From Vulcanimicrobiota bacterium (GTDB taxonomy: Bacteria > Vulcanimicrobiota > Xenobia > Xenobiales > JADMJV01), in NCBI GenBank assembly GCA_050250895.1, contig JBFWNU010000001.1, positions 776,008 through 840,007 of the forward strand: 64,000 bases of DNA. The letters are read 5' to 3'. The notes beneath the pieces were generated by a model. It saw only the letters and a program-made list of their open reading frames with translations, searched no databases and had not been told where the DNA came from. Made by a program: the position numbers and the translations under genes. Of this stretch, positions 8,233 to 17,877 are shown in pieces; the stretch's first letter is position 1, and each line of letters opens with the position of its first letter.

Positions 8233-10653
8233 TTAATTGTCGACAGGAACGCGCAAAAATGGGCCTTCATCGAAATGGAGTTCGAGCACGTAGGCTGACC
8301 TTCCGCGACTCACGAACTCCTCGTCGCCGGCATAGATCGTCAGCTCTCGGGGCCGACCCAGATCGAGGTCACACCCGTGTTGCTGATTGAGGACCAGGCC
8401 GCCGCTCATCACCAGGGCCACCCCTTCGTCGGCGTCGGGATGGGTCGAGCTGCGCAGGCCGCGACTGGTGGCCACATCGACCCGTCGCAACCTCCGCCCC
8501 GGGGCATCGACTGTGGCTTTCAGCTTGAGGGTCCGATGGCGGCCGAAGTCGGTCCCTCCGAGCCGCGCCTGGAGACTGACGACTTCGACACTGGCCCGGG
8601 TGCCGCGAATAGCCTTGGCACGGGCTGCCCACTCGTCGGCCTCTGGCCGTTGGATGGCTCGCAGACAGCGAGCCAGATGAGCGGCCGCACGGGCGGCCTC
8701 GAGATGCTCGGCCCCGAGCACGGTGCGACTGCGAACCAGGGGCCAACCGAGCCCTCCGGTGACGAGGTCGAGGGGCCAGCCGTGTCCCACCGTCCAGCCC
8801 ACATCCAGACGGTTGGACCCGATGTGGAGTTGCCAGGCAAGGGTGGCTTCGACCAGGGCCTGTTCCGGCTCTTTGAGGGCCAGCCAGGCCAGCGCCCTGA
8901 CGGTGTGGGCTCGGGCCAACCAGAGGCCATCAAGACCGCCCAACTGCTCGAGTCGAGCCAGGGCCTGACCCGGGCTCTCGGCGGCCAGCCAGGCCTGACT
9001 CACCTCGACGGCCAGCGCTCCCGTCGGAGCCCGCTCACTAAGCTGGCTGGTCTGCCCGGCCAAAAGGCACCACAGAGACCAGGATGCCTGCGCCTCGGCA
9101 GATTCTCGGCCAAACAGTTCGCTGTCGAGCTGCCAGCCCAGGTGGGCGGCCGCGGCCGCTTCGGCTCGGCGCCCGGCGGCTTCCAGCAAGGTGGCCTCGA
9201 CATCGGCCAGCCGAGCGCGACCGACGGGATTCTCTTTCCAGGCTGAAGGGATGGCGGCCAGCTGGCGTAGGGCCATCTCGAGCTGGCCGTGGCCAACGTG
9301 CAGCTCGAGCTGGGCCTGGCTCACTTCGAAGTGGGCCAGGCCTTGCTCGGGATGAGCCTCGAGCAAACGTGAGGCCGCCCGCCGGCAGTGGTGCTCGGCT
9401 TCCCAGAGGCGGCCTTGATGGCGAGCGCACCAGGCCATGCCGATCAACACCGAACTCAGATGCCAGCGGGCCGAGCCCGGTTGATCGCGCTGGGCTCGCT
9501 CGACGGCCGTCAGACAATCCAGGGCATCGGCCGGCCGGCCCTGGCGAACCAGCAGCTGCCCGAGACGCTGTTGGTCGGGCGGCTCGATGCCAGCCAGTTG
9601 ATGACCTAGACAGCGAAGGGCGAAGTATGGGCGAGCGGCGGGACGATAGCCGGCCCGAGTCAGCCCCGCAAAGACTCTTTGAGCCTCGGCAAACTGATGG
9701 TCAGCCAACAGCTGGCGGCCCCACCCTTCGGCCGCTCCGGCCACCTCGAGTTGGCCGGGTAGTTGCAACTGGTCCAGGTTGTCGAGCAGCGCCTGGCGAG
9801 CGACCAGGAAAGCCGCCCGCATCCATCCGAGAGCAGCCTGATGACGGTCGTCTTCGAGCAAGCGTAAACGTGTCATGTCCCGCCCGAGCGATGTCCAGCC
9901 CACGGCCTCGCAGGGCCAGTAAGGATCGGGTGGCTCGACCGCATAGCTGATTCCGTCCACCACCAGCCAGCCACGGCGCTCCCCACCGCCGAGGGAGACA
10001 AAGCCGGAGCCAATCTCCGAGCGCAAAGAGACGGCCCGCCAGGCCAGCGGGGCCAGCGGAGGAGCGGGCTGGCTGAGGGTGCTCACCCAGGCATCCAACG
10101 GCTCGTGTTGGAGTGGTTGTCCATCGAGACTGACCGGAATCGGTGACCAGCCGCAACGAGCGGCCAACTCGGTTCGGTCGAGAGAGGCGACGCCCACCTC
10201 GAGGGTCCAGCCCTCTTCGAATCCGTCCTCGTCCAACAGCGTCTGACCCTGCAATTCGGCCACCAGACGGACGTTGCCCGAGCCAACCCGGACCTGGGCG
10301 GCTCCCTCGATCATAAGGGTATAGATGGCCAGGCTCAGATCGGTAAAACCCGCTCGGGGGCGATGACCGAACATCTGGGCTAGCAATCCCCCCAGCTCGT
10401 GACGTCCCAGTTGGGGCCCCTCTGCCTCGAAGCGAAAACCGCGCCCCTGGCTCAAGATGCGAGCCGCCGTGGCCCCGAAACCTACCGCCGCCGACACCAG
10501 CAAGAGGGGCGCGTCTCGCAGGCTCAGGGCCGAGAACTCTTCGAGCCGTCGGCGGGCGGCGGCGGGGTCGAGTGTAAAGACCAGGTCGGCCTGCTCGAGG
10601 GCTCCCTCCTCGTGCAGTCGACTCAGAAACTGCTGGAGGCGGTCGGCCTTCAA
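8233..10653 (-). CDS. Large hypothetical protein with degenerate GHKL/Hsp90-like N-terminus and TPR-like helical repeats
   Basis: Probable TTG start overlapping the upstream TGA; FTLDPAAARRRLEEF...LLVSAAVGFGA N-terminal pattern; Ala/Leu-rich helical repeats. Confidence 0.6.
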   Translation of the reverse strand: MKADRLQQFLSRLHEEGALEQADLVFTLDPAAARRRLEEFSALSLRDAPLLLVSAAVGFGATAARILSQGRGFRFEAEGPQLGRHELGGLLAQMFGHRPRAGFTDLSLAIYTLMIEGAAQVRVGSGNVRLVAELQGQTLLDEDGFEEGWTLEVGVASLDRTELAARCGWSPIPVSLDGQPLQHEPLDAWVSTLSQPAPPLAPLAWRAVSLRSEIGSGFVSLGGGERRGWLVVDGISYAVEPPDPYWPCEAVGWTSLGRDMTRLRLLEDDRHQAALGWMRAAFLVARQALLDNLDQLQLPGQLEVAGAAEGWGRQLLADHQFAEAQRVFAGLTRAGYRPAARPYFALRCLGHQLAGIEPPDQQRLGQLLVRQGRPADALDCLTAVERAQRDQPGSARWHLSSVLIGMAWCARHQGRLWEAEHHCRRAASRLLEAHPEQGLAHFEVSQAQLELHVGHGQLEMALRQLAAIPSAWKENPVGRARLADVEATLLEAAGRRAEAAAAAHLGWQLDSELFGRESAEAQASWSLWCLLAGQTSQLSERAPTGALAVEVSQAWLAAESPGQALARLEQLGGLDGLWLARAHTVRALAWLALKEPEQALVEATLAWQLHIGSNRLDVGWTVGHGWPLDLVTGGLGWPLVRSRTVLGAEHLEAARAAAHLARCLRAIQRPEADEWAARAKAIRGTRASVEVVSLQARLGGTDFGRHRTLKLKATVDAPGRRLRRVDVATSRGLRSSTHPDADEGVALVMSGGLVLNQQHGCDLDLGRPRELTIYAGDEEFVSRGRSAYVLELHFDEGPFLRVPVDN

Positions 10654-12356
10654 TCCAGGCTGAGCTTTCGGCTCAGTCGCCCTGCCCGATCGTGGGCGAT
10701 GGTCACTTCGACCGCTACCCCGGCCCGCCCGCGCACGACCCACTCCAGACGCACCCGGTCGGGAGTGCCGTCGGCCTGCAGCCGAACGGGACTGGTCGGC
10801 AGATGGGCCTTGCCCTGCAGTTGACCGGCCTCGGTCCGCAACTTGCCCACCGCTAGCTCGACCCCCTCCGGCAGCTTGAGTTCGACCTGAATCGGACGCG
10901 GAATCTTGCGCTGTTCGGCCTTCTTGGTCACGGTCGTCGCGAGCCAGCCGCGGTTCTCGATGACCAGCTCGAGGCGCCATGACTCGTCTCCCAGGCGGGT
11001 CACCTTTTGGCGCAGCACGGCCAGCCGAGGAGTGGTCAGCCCGTGCCAGAGGACCCACTCGGTCAGCGGTTCTAGCTCGCGCTCGAGCAAGCGAGGCGGC
11101 GGGTTACGGAAGGCATACATGAAGTCCCACCCGCCGATCTCGACCTCGCCGAGTTGGGGGTGGGTGAAGGCCCGCCAGTTCTCGAAAGCCGCGCCTTCGA
11201 GCACTTCGTCGTTCCAGCGCAGCAAAGCCAGGTCTTCTTCCACCGGATGCTGCCGCCACCAATCGATGAACCGATAGCCCCCTCGCTTGGTCTCGCGGTC
11301 GAAACCTTTGGTGATACCGGCCTGACGGTGAGGTGACCAGATTTCGACCGTCCAGGCCAAGACGCCTAGATGGTCATACACCCAGTCGTCAAAAGCGCCG
11401 GTGATGGTCTCTTCGGGATGATAGCGAAAGTCGTGATAGATCGACAGGGCTGGATACCCGGTGAGCTCGGTTCCCTTGTTGCCGAAGTACTCGTACAACC
11501 AGAGGTCCTCGGCCGGAAACTTCTCGTCGGGCTTGGTGCTATAGGGCCGCAACAGCACCCCCGAGTAGGTATGAAAGGTGAGGGCGTGACAGATGTTGGG
11601 ATGGCTCGAGATGAATTGGACCACAGCCCGGGTCTCGGGCTCGCTGCCGGGAAACGGCCCCGCTCCCGGTTGCTCGGATTCCGTGCGCCAGCCCGAGGGA
11701 AAGTTACGATTGAGATCCAGCTTCTCTTTGCGAGGCGCCGCCTCGAGAATGGCCCCGTCATAGTCGCCCAACAGTCGACCTTCTGGCATGAGTCGATAGA
11801 ATGGGCCCTCGAGATCCCCCGGTTCGCGACGCACCATCAACCGAGGCTCGTCGGGATGCACGGTCCAGGCGCCGTTCGAGTCCTCGATACGCATCATCAG
11901 GATACGACCGTCGCCATCCACATCCTCGGCCTGCAAGCCGTCGATGGGCTCTTCATCGTAAGGATAAGGTCGAACCGAAGAGCGCAGATAGACAGGATGG
12001 TCCTGCAAGGCCCACTCGGCCCCGTCAGGATTGACCCGAGGCACGACATAATAGGTACGCGTGTCGAGCACCAGGGTCACCGCCCGGTCCTTGCCGTCGC
12101 GCTCGGCGAAGGTGCGTAGCAGGTGCAAGCAGGCGGAGGAGGCCGAGAACTCGGTGGCATGGATGTTACCATCGACCCAGACCGCAGGCTTGTGATCGGG
12201 GGGACCGGTTTCGCGGCGGGTCACTTCCATACACCAGATCTCTCGCCCTTGATAGCTCTGCCCCAGGCTGGTCAGGCGAAAGATATCGGGGTGAGCGGCC
12301 GCCAGAGTCTGCAGATGGGCGGTCAACTCTTCGTAGCGATGATAGCGCTTGAACAT
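10650..12356 (-). CDS. M14 family zinc carboxypeptidase
   Basis: GNIHATE zinc motif, PRVNPDG, DLNRNFP, SEPET, TFHTYSG. Confidence 0.92.
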   Translation of the reverse strand: MFKRYHRYEELTAHLQTLAAAHPDIFRLTSLGQSYQGREIWCMEVTRRETGPPDHKPAVWVDGNIHATEFSASSACLHLLRTFAERDGKDRAVTLVLDTRTYYVVPRVNPDGAEWALQDHPVYLRSSVRPYPYDEEPIDGLQAEDVDGDGRILMMRIEDSNGAWTVHPDEPRLMVRREPGDLEGPFYRLMPEGRLLGDYDGAILEAAPRKEKLDLNRNFPSGWRTESEQPGAGPFPGSEPETRAVVQFISSHPNICHALTFHTYSGVLLRPYSTKPDEKFPAEDLWLYEYFGNKGTELTGYPALSIYHDFRYHPEETITGAFDDWVYDHLGVLAWTVEIWSPHRQAGITKGFDRETKRGGYRFIDWWRQHPVEEDLALLRWNDEVLEGAAFENWRAFTHPQLGEVEIGGWDFMYAFRNPPPRLLERELEPLTEWVLWHGLTTPRLAVLRQKVTRLGDESWRLELVIENRGWLATTVTKKAEQRKIPRPIQVELKLPEGVELAVGKLRTEAGQLQGKAHLPTSPVRLQADGTPDRVRLEWVVRGRAGVAVEVTIAHDRAGRLSRKLSLD

Positions 12357-12382
12357 TCTCTTGCGTTCGCAGCAATTCGGGA

Positions 12383-12411
12383 TTGTCCCTGGGACCGGTC
12401 GATGCTATCAT
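12383..12411 (+). promoter_or_regulatory. Sigma70-type promoter, probably leaderless
   Basis: TTGTCC-17 nt-TATCAT with extended TG, 7 nt before ATG 12419. Confidence 0.55.
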
Positions 12412-12418
12412 GGCAAAG

Positions 12419-12805
12419 ATGAATCCTAGCAAGCGAGCCAACCGTTGGGCTATACAAGGCGCCAAGATCGGGGCTATCTCGCTGGGAGTGGTGGGACTGG
12501 TTTCGGGCATGACCATCTGCATCGTCCTCAAACTGCCGGTGCCCCCCATTTTCACCACCGAGATGGGCATTCTGCTGGGCGGCAGCCTGGGCGCGCTGAT
12601 CGGCTACACCTGCTCTTTCCGCCGTGGCTTGCAGTCGCTGCAAGGCTTGACCGTGGGCTTGTCAGCAGGAGTGGCCCTCTGGTGGGTGGACTGGGCCCCC
12701 TTAATGGTTAGCCTGGCGCTGCTCGGGGCGCTAGGACTCTTCCTGGGCTACCAAATGCCGGAAGACCCCGAGTCGACCAGCGACTGGAAACTGGTCAAAC
12801 GCTAG
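12419..12805 (+). CDS. Hypothetical membrane protein (about 4 TM)
   Basis: Four hydrophobic Gly-rich segments; start chosen from promoter position (alternative ATG 12410). Confidence 0.7.
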   Translation: MNPSKRANRWAIQGAKIGAISLGVVGLVSGMTICIVLKLPVPPIFTTEMGILLGGSLGALIGYTCSFRRGLQSLQGLTVGLSAGVALWWVDWAPLMVSLALLGALGLFLGYQMPEDPESTSDWKLVKR

Positions 12806-12885
12806 CCGTCCAAGTTTTTACAATCTGTTTACAACTATCCGACGAAAACTGCGCTGCTCCAAGTGCTCGATGCAAGAATGGCAAT

Positions 12886-14421
12886 ATGAGCACGACCGTA
12901 TCCCCTCGAGCAGCAGAACACGCGGCCACCACCCGTCGCACCACCACCACTCACCGTTACGGCTCAGCCGACGCCGCCGAACGCTGGATTCGCTCCGAGC
13001 GAGAGCGTGACTCCTCTGCTTCAGAGACGACCACGCGTGGCACCACCTCGACCACCCACCGCTACGGCTCGGCTGACGCCGCCGAGCGCTGGATCGAATC
13101 CGAGCGTAACCGCGATGCTGGCGCCAGCGAAACCTCCGGCAGTTCCCAGACCCACCGCTACGGGTCGGCCGATGCCGCCGAGCACTGGATCGAAGCCGAG
13201 CGCGATCGCAACGAGGCCCAAACCCCTGCCCCCAACACCGTGCTCGCCGCCGATGACCCGGCCAACCCCTACCAGGGTGACTACAATTCCACCCAGGTCG
13301 AAGTGGTGCCGTGGGATCCCAATGATGACAATCCCAACGACCACCTCGAAGGCATCCTCACCAATCAGGGCTATTCGATCGAGGAGATCTATGCCGCCGA
13401 TGACCAGGGCCAAACCATGCTCGACCGTGTGGCCGAGGCTAACGATCTGCGCGATGCGAACTTGATCAGCCCCGGCCAGAACCTGGTTGTTCCTACAACT
13501 CAGGAGCCCACCCCCACCGAACAGCCGACCCCCGAGACCAGCCCTGAAACCCCTGAAACCCCGGCCCCCGAGGCGCCGGCCGAGCCCCCCCCCACTACGC
13601 CTCCGGCTAGCGAAGAGCCCCCCGCCCCGGCCGAGATGAACAGCCGCGAGGCCCTCGAGGTGATCGACCAGGAATTCAACTGGATCGACAACCCCGACAC
13701 CGGCCAGGGCAACGGCAAAGCCAGCGTCAACGACGACCTGCGCCGGTTCGACGCCCACGGCGACTGGAACAGGGATGGCTACGTCGACAACCTGACCAAC
13801 TCGGTCAACCCCGACACCGGCAACTTCTACACCGAAGAAGAGGCCGGCGCCCGCGCTGATCGCCTCGAACAGGCCGCCCAGACCGTTCTGGGTGACGAAG
13901 AGCTACTCAATCTGGTAGACGGCGGCAATGACGGCGACACCGGCGATGTCACCGACGGCAAGTTCAACCGCGATGATATCCAGCGCGCCAGCCAATTGCT
14001 CGAGGACGACACCCAGGCGGCTTTCGAAACGGTGGACCGGTATGGAGAGGCCTTCGCCTATGCCAACCCGCACAACAGCGGTGACGCTAATCAGGTCTAC
14101 CGCGGCGATTTCGAGCGGGTGGCCAACCTGGCCGACAACGAAGACTTCGCCGACTACGTGGCCGGCGACATCACCTTCGACGAATTTCAGCGTCGTGACG
14201 GCGACGCCGCCGAACTGGTGGGGAGTATCTACGACCACCTGCCGGAGGGCACCGACCGCCTGGACGCTCTCGACGAGATGATTGGCGCCGCTGGCGTGGT
14301 GCTAACCGAGGACCGCTTCGACATCGCCAACGTGACCGACGGCAACGCCGGCTACGAACGGGGCGACGGCGACTATATCACGCTCAACGGCGACGTGTCG
14401 GGGTTGCTCGACCTAGCCTAG
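12886..14421 (+). CDS. LysM-domain protein with N-terminal repeats, Pro/Glu linker and Asp-rich EF-hand-like C-terminus
   Basis: VAEANDLRDANLISPGQNLVVP (LysM C-terminal half); three HRYGSADAAE(R/H)WI repeats; DGKFNRDDI, GDITFDEF and DGDYITL calcium-loop-like motifs. Confidence 0.8.
   Translation: MSTTVSPRAAEHAATTRRTTTTHRYGSADAAERWIRSERERDSSASETTTRGTTSTTHRYGSADAAERWIESERNRDAGASETSGSSQTHRYGSADAAEHWIEAERDRNEAQTPAPNTVLAADDPANPYQGDYNSTQVEVVPWDPNDDNPNDHLEGILTNQGYSIEEIYAADDQGQTMLDRVAEANDLRDANLISPGQNLVVPTTQEPTPTEQPTPETSPETPETPAPEAPAEPPPTTPPASEEPPAPAEMNSREALEVIDQEFNWIDNPDTGQGNGKASVNDDLRRFDAHGDWNRDGYVDNLTNSVNPDTGNFYTEEEAGARADRLEQAAQTVLGDEELLNLVDGGNDGDTGDVTDGKFNRDDIQRASQLLEDDTQAAFETVDRYGEAFAYANPHNSGDANQVYRGDFERVANLADNEDFADYVAGDITFDEFQRRDGDAAELVGSIYDHLPEGTDRLDALDEMIGAAGVVLTEDRFDIANVTDGNAGYERGDGDYITLNGDVSGLLDLA
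12952..13209 (+). repeat. Three intragenic repeats encoding HRYGSADAAExWIxxERxR
   Basis: Copies start at 12952, 13057 and 13153 with synonymous divergence. Confidence 0.9.
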
Positions 14422-15134
14422 AAGCGGACCACGAACTGCGTCTTGACTTGCCATCCATCGGTGTCGATCTGAGGAGAACTCAACTGGTCGAGGGAAGATT
14501 GATAGCGGATGTCTAGATTCACCGATGTGTTGGTGGTCAAGCGACGGTCCAGCCCGACATAGCCCGAGGAAGCGTCGACCCCACGAATACCGTCCAGGGC
14601 CGTGACCTTGTCGACCCCGGTATAAAGGCGAAGATCGGGGTCGAACTTCCAGTCGAGCCGAATGTTCTCGAGCACCGCCGACGAGGTCTCCGGCATCGCG
14701 AAACGCCGGGCCGTCAAGCTGATCTGATCGGTAAAATCGACATCAAAAAGTTGGACATTGATAGGTCCTACATCCAGCGGGTTCAAGCGAGGAACGGTAA
14801 AGTTCGGACGCACTCCGAATTGGGACAACTCGGTTTCGAAACGGGTGACCATCTGGCGCAACGCGTCAAGTTCAGAATGGGTCACGAAGAGGCGCGCATC
14901 GCCCTGCAAGTCTTCGACCAGGCGAGCGACCTCGAGAGCGACTTCCCAGCGCGATTCACTGGAATCGCTCAACAGTCGGGGATTGACTCGCAGCAGCCCT
15001 TTTGAGGCGAAGTCACCTAGAATGTCGTGGGCCCAGTTCACATCTTCGTCGGCGGGCCGGGCGAGCGCAAAAGTGCTGGTCAAAATCACCAGCATTATCA
15101 CAATCCAGCAGCGCGATTTCGAAATTCTAAACAA
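14418..15134 (-). CDS. SLH-domain protein with short beta-rich outer-membrane C-terminus (OmpM/porin-like, short)
   Basis: Signal peptide; WAHDILGDFASKGLL...SRWEVALEVARL (SLH); LRQMVTRFETELSQFGVR coiled coil; terminal VVRF. Confidence 0.7.
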   Translation of the reverse strand: MFRISKSRCWIVIMLVILTSTFALARPADEDVNWAHDILGDFASKGLLRVNPRLLSDSSESRWEVALEVARLVEDLQGDARLFVTHSELDALRQMVTRFETELSQFGVRPNFTVPRLNPLDVGPINVQLFDVDFTDQISLTARRFAMPETSSAVLENIRLDWKFDPDLRLYTGVDKVTALDGIRGVDASSGYVGLDRRLTTNTSVNLDIRYQSSLDQLSSPQIDTDGWQVKTQFVVRF

Positions 15135-15222
15135 CCTCTGACATTATAGCACACTTCCTGCTTTTTGGGGGCAGAATCTGGCCAAAGAAGGGCCTACTTG
15201 GCTCTTTTCGAATAGAAGTCCA

Positions 15223-17763
15223 TTGACCCTGGACCGACCGATAGCGCGCAAGCTGGTCGCGGGCCTGACCCTATTGGTTGGGCTGGCTATTTCCATTGCT
15301 GCCTTCCAGTCGGTCCGCACCTGGGGCCTGAGCGACGCTAAGTTCAATTTTCAAAAAGCCACTTCAAACCGCGTCATGGCCGTGCAACGCGAACTCGACG
15401 CCGACATGGCCACCCTGCAAGCTCTGGCCGCCCTTTATCAAACCTTCTCACGAGTTAGCCGGGAAGAGTTCAACGAATTCACCAATCGCACCCTCGAAGA
15501 CCCGACCATCGCTAGCCTGTCCTGGGTTCCCCGAGTCGATGGCGCCCAGCGCAATACGTTTGTTCAGCTAGCCAGGGTAGAAGGCGACGATGACTATGAG
15601 ATCCGCGACAGCAATGGCAACCGGGTCGAGGGCAGAGACTCGTATTTTCCCATCCTTTACACCGCCGCTACCGCCACTGACGCTGACCTGGGACTGGATC
15701 TCGGCTCCGACGAACAGACGCTAGAAGCCCTGCGCCAGGCCGAGCAGAGTGGCAAGATGGTGGCGACTTCCAGAGTTCGACTGGGCCAGACCGATCGCGG
15801 CTTCGGCTTTATCGTCTACGTGCCTATCTTCGAAAAGAGTGAATTGCACAGCCGCATCCTCAGGGGCTTCGTGCGAGGCGTGTTCGACATCGAAGCCCTG
15901 GTGCGGGAGTCGCTAAAATACATCGACGAAGACGCGGCCGGCGTGCGCATCACCCTGCTCGACCTGCTGGTAAGCGACCCCAACGAGCAACTTCTCTACA
16001 CCGATTCGCTCGACGCCAGCGGCTCCGAGTTAGCCACCGAGGAGGGCTTCAAGCTCATCGAGCCGCTGATTCTGGCCGAGCGCAAGTGGCAAATCATCAG
16101 CGAATCGACCTCGGCCCACACGACCACCGCGGCCATGGCGTATACCTCCCTGGCCATCGGAGCCACCCTGACCATTCTGCTGGCTGCCTTCTTGCACTCG
16201 CTCATGGGTCGCACTTCCGAGATCGAGAAACTGGTGGAGCAGCGCACTGCCGAACTGGCTCAAAAAGCCACCGAACGCCAGGAAGCCCTCAAATTGCTGC
16301 GGCGCAGCGAGGAGCGTTACCGAGACCTGTTCGAGACAAGTCAGGCCTTGATATGGACTCACGACGAGGCGGGACTTATCCGGACCATCAACCCGGCCGC
16401 CGCTGTCTCGCTAGGATACACGCCCGCCGAGATGGTGGGCGAATCGCTACGCACCTTCATCATCCCCACCGAGCGCCACAAATTCAACACCTACCTCGAC
16501 ACGGTCAAGAGCAACGAATCCTCGCGCGGACTGCTCAAGCTCTATACCAAGAACGGAGCCACCCGGTTCTGGCTCTATCACAACTCACGCTATGAAGACG
16601 AAGAGTCGACCTATATCCGCTGCCACGCCCTCGATGTGACCGAGAGCCAGCAAGCCGAACGCGAACTAGCCCGCCTCAATCGCAAGAATCAACTGATTCT
16701 CGACTCGGCCGGCGAGGGTATCTTCGGAATCAACCTGGCCGGCGAGTGCAGCTTCGTCAACCCCGCCGCCCTCAAATACACCGGTCACTCCATGGAAGAA
16801 CTGCTTAAGGCCGATGTGCCCGTCCACGAGATGCTGCAGCCGCACCACCCCGACGGCCGCCCCTACCCATGGGAAGAGTCCCCCGCCTTCGCCACCCTGC
16901 AAGACGGCAGCGTGCGCCGCGTCGCCGACGAGCAGATGTGGCGCAAGGATGGCTCGTGGTTTCCGGTGGACTACGTGGTGACGCCCATTGTCGAAGAAGA
17001 GGACCGCATCCTCGGAGCGGTAGTGACCTTCCAGGACGTCACCGACCGCAAGGCCATCGAGCAGATGAAGAACGAATTCATCTCGATCGTCAGCCACGAA
17101 CTGCGCACGCCCCTGACCTCGATTCGCGGCTCGCTAGGATTGCTGGCCAGCGGAATGCTCAAGAAATTTCCCGACCGGGCCGACAGCATGCTCAAGATCG
17201 CCGTCGAGAACACCGACCGCCTGGTGCGCCTGATCAACGACATTCTCGACATCGAGCGGCTCGAGTCGGGCAAAGTCACCATCGATCGTTCGAAATGCAA
17301 CCTTGGCAATCTGATGACCCAGGCCGCGGACACCATGAACGCCATGGCCGGCAACGCCAAGGTCACCCTCGAGGTTACCCCGCTCGAGCGCGAAGTCTAT
17401 GCCGACTCCGATCGCATCCTGCAAGTGCTGACCAACCTGCTCAGCAACGCCATCAAATTCTCGCCCGAAGGCGCGAGCATCGAACTGCGAGCCAAAGAGT
17501 CCGACAAAGGCGTGTTGGTCCAGGTCCAAGACCACGGCCGCGGCATCCCTGAAGACAAAGTCGACAAGATCTTCGAGCGCTTCGGCCAGGTCGACGCCAG
17601 CGACTCGCGCGAGAAAGGCGGCACCGGCCTGGGCCTTCCCATCTGCAAGACCATCGTTCAACAACATGGTGGTGACCTCTGGGTGGAGAGCACCCTGGGC
17701 GAAGGCAGCATCTTCCAATTCACCATCCCCGACGTCGAACCCGAACACGACGAAGCCGCTTGA
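15223..17763 (+). CDS. Sensor histidine kinase CHASE-PAS-PAS-HisKA-HATPase
   Basis: CHASE (WVPRV, YFPILY, LGLDL); two PAS domains; SHELRTPLTSI, NLLSNAIKFS, DHGRGIP, GGTGLGL. Confidence 0.95.
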   Translation: MTLDRPIARKLVAGLTLLVGLAISIAAFQSVRTWGLSDAKFNFQKATSNRVMAVQRELDADMATLQALAALYQTFSRVSREEFNEFTNRTLEDPTIASLSWVPRVDGAQRNTFVQLARVEGDDDYEIRDSNGNRVEGRDSYFPILYTAATATDADLGLDLGSDEQTLEALRQAEQSGKMVATSRVRLGQTDRGFGFIVYVPIFEKSELHSRILRGFVRGVFDIEALVRESLKYIDEDAAGVRITLLDLLVSDPNEQLLYTDSLDASGSELATEEGFKLIEPLILAERKWQIISESTSAHTTTAAMAYTSLAIGATLTILLAAFLHSLMGRTSEIEKLVEQRTAELAQKATERQEALKLLRRSEERYRDLFETSQALIWTHDEAGLIRTINPAAAVSLGYTPAEMVGESLRTFIIPTERHKFNTYLDTVKSNESSRGLLKLYTKNGATRFWLYHNSRYEDEESTYIRCHALDVTESQQAERELARLNRKNQLILDSAGEGIFGINLAGECSFVNPAALKYTGHSMEELLKADVPVHEMLQPHHPDGRPYPWEESPAFATLQDGSVRRVADEQMWRKDGSWFPVDYVVTPIVEEEDRILGAVVTFQDVTDRKAIEQMKNEFISIVSHELRTPLTSIRGSLGLLASGMLKKFPDRADSMLKIAVENTDRLVRLINDILDIERLESGKVTIDRSKCNLGNLMTQAADTMNAMAGNAKVTLEVTPLEREVYADSDRILQVLTNLLSNAIKFSPEGASIELRAKESDKGVLVQVQDHGRGIPEDKVDKIFERFGQVDASDSREKGGTGLGLPICKTIVQQHGGDLWVESTLGEGSIFQFTIPDVEPEHDEAA

Positions 17764-17805
17764 CAAGGAGCGCTCGCGTTGCTCGTTTATAGCGGCGAAG
17801 CCAGT

Positions 17806-17876
17806 GCTCCCCTCTCCACGGCGCAGCCGTGGCTCCCCTCTCGACGACGAAGTCGTCGCTCCCCTCTCGCGAGAGC
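17806..17876. repeat. 26-bp-period tandem repeat: GCTCCCCTCTC units separated by self-complementary hairpins (REP-like)
   Basis: GCTCCCCTCTC at 17806, 17832 and 17858; spacers cacggc-gca-gccgtg and gacgac-gaa-gtcgtc; lies between convergent genes. Confidence 0.8.
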
Positions 17877-17877
17877 G

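Noticed and set aside
3777-8298. Long antisense and alternative-frame ORFs (e.g. 4203..5270 and 5280..6374; likewise 19450..20778, 35857..37293, 37179..38324)
   Set aside because: Shadow ORFs of well-supported genes in high-GC DNA, with no motifs or RBS.
17806-17876. Mini CRISPR array
   Set aside because: Repeats are only 11 bp, spacers are 15 nt and self-complementary, and there are no cas genes; kept as a REP-like repeat.
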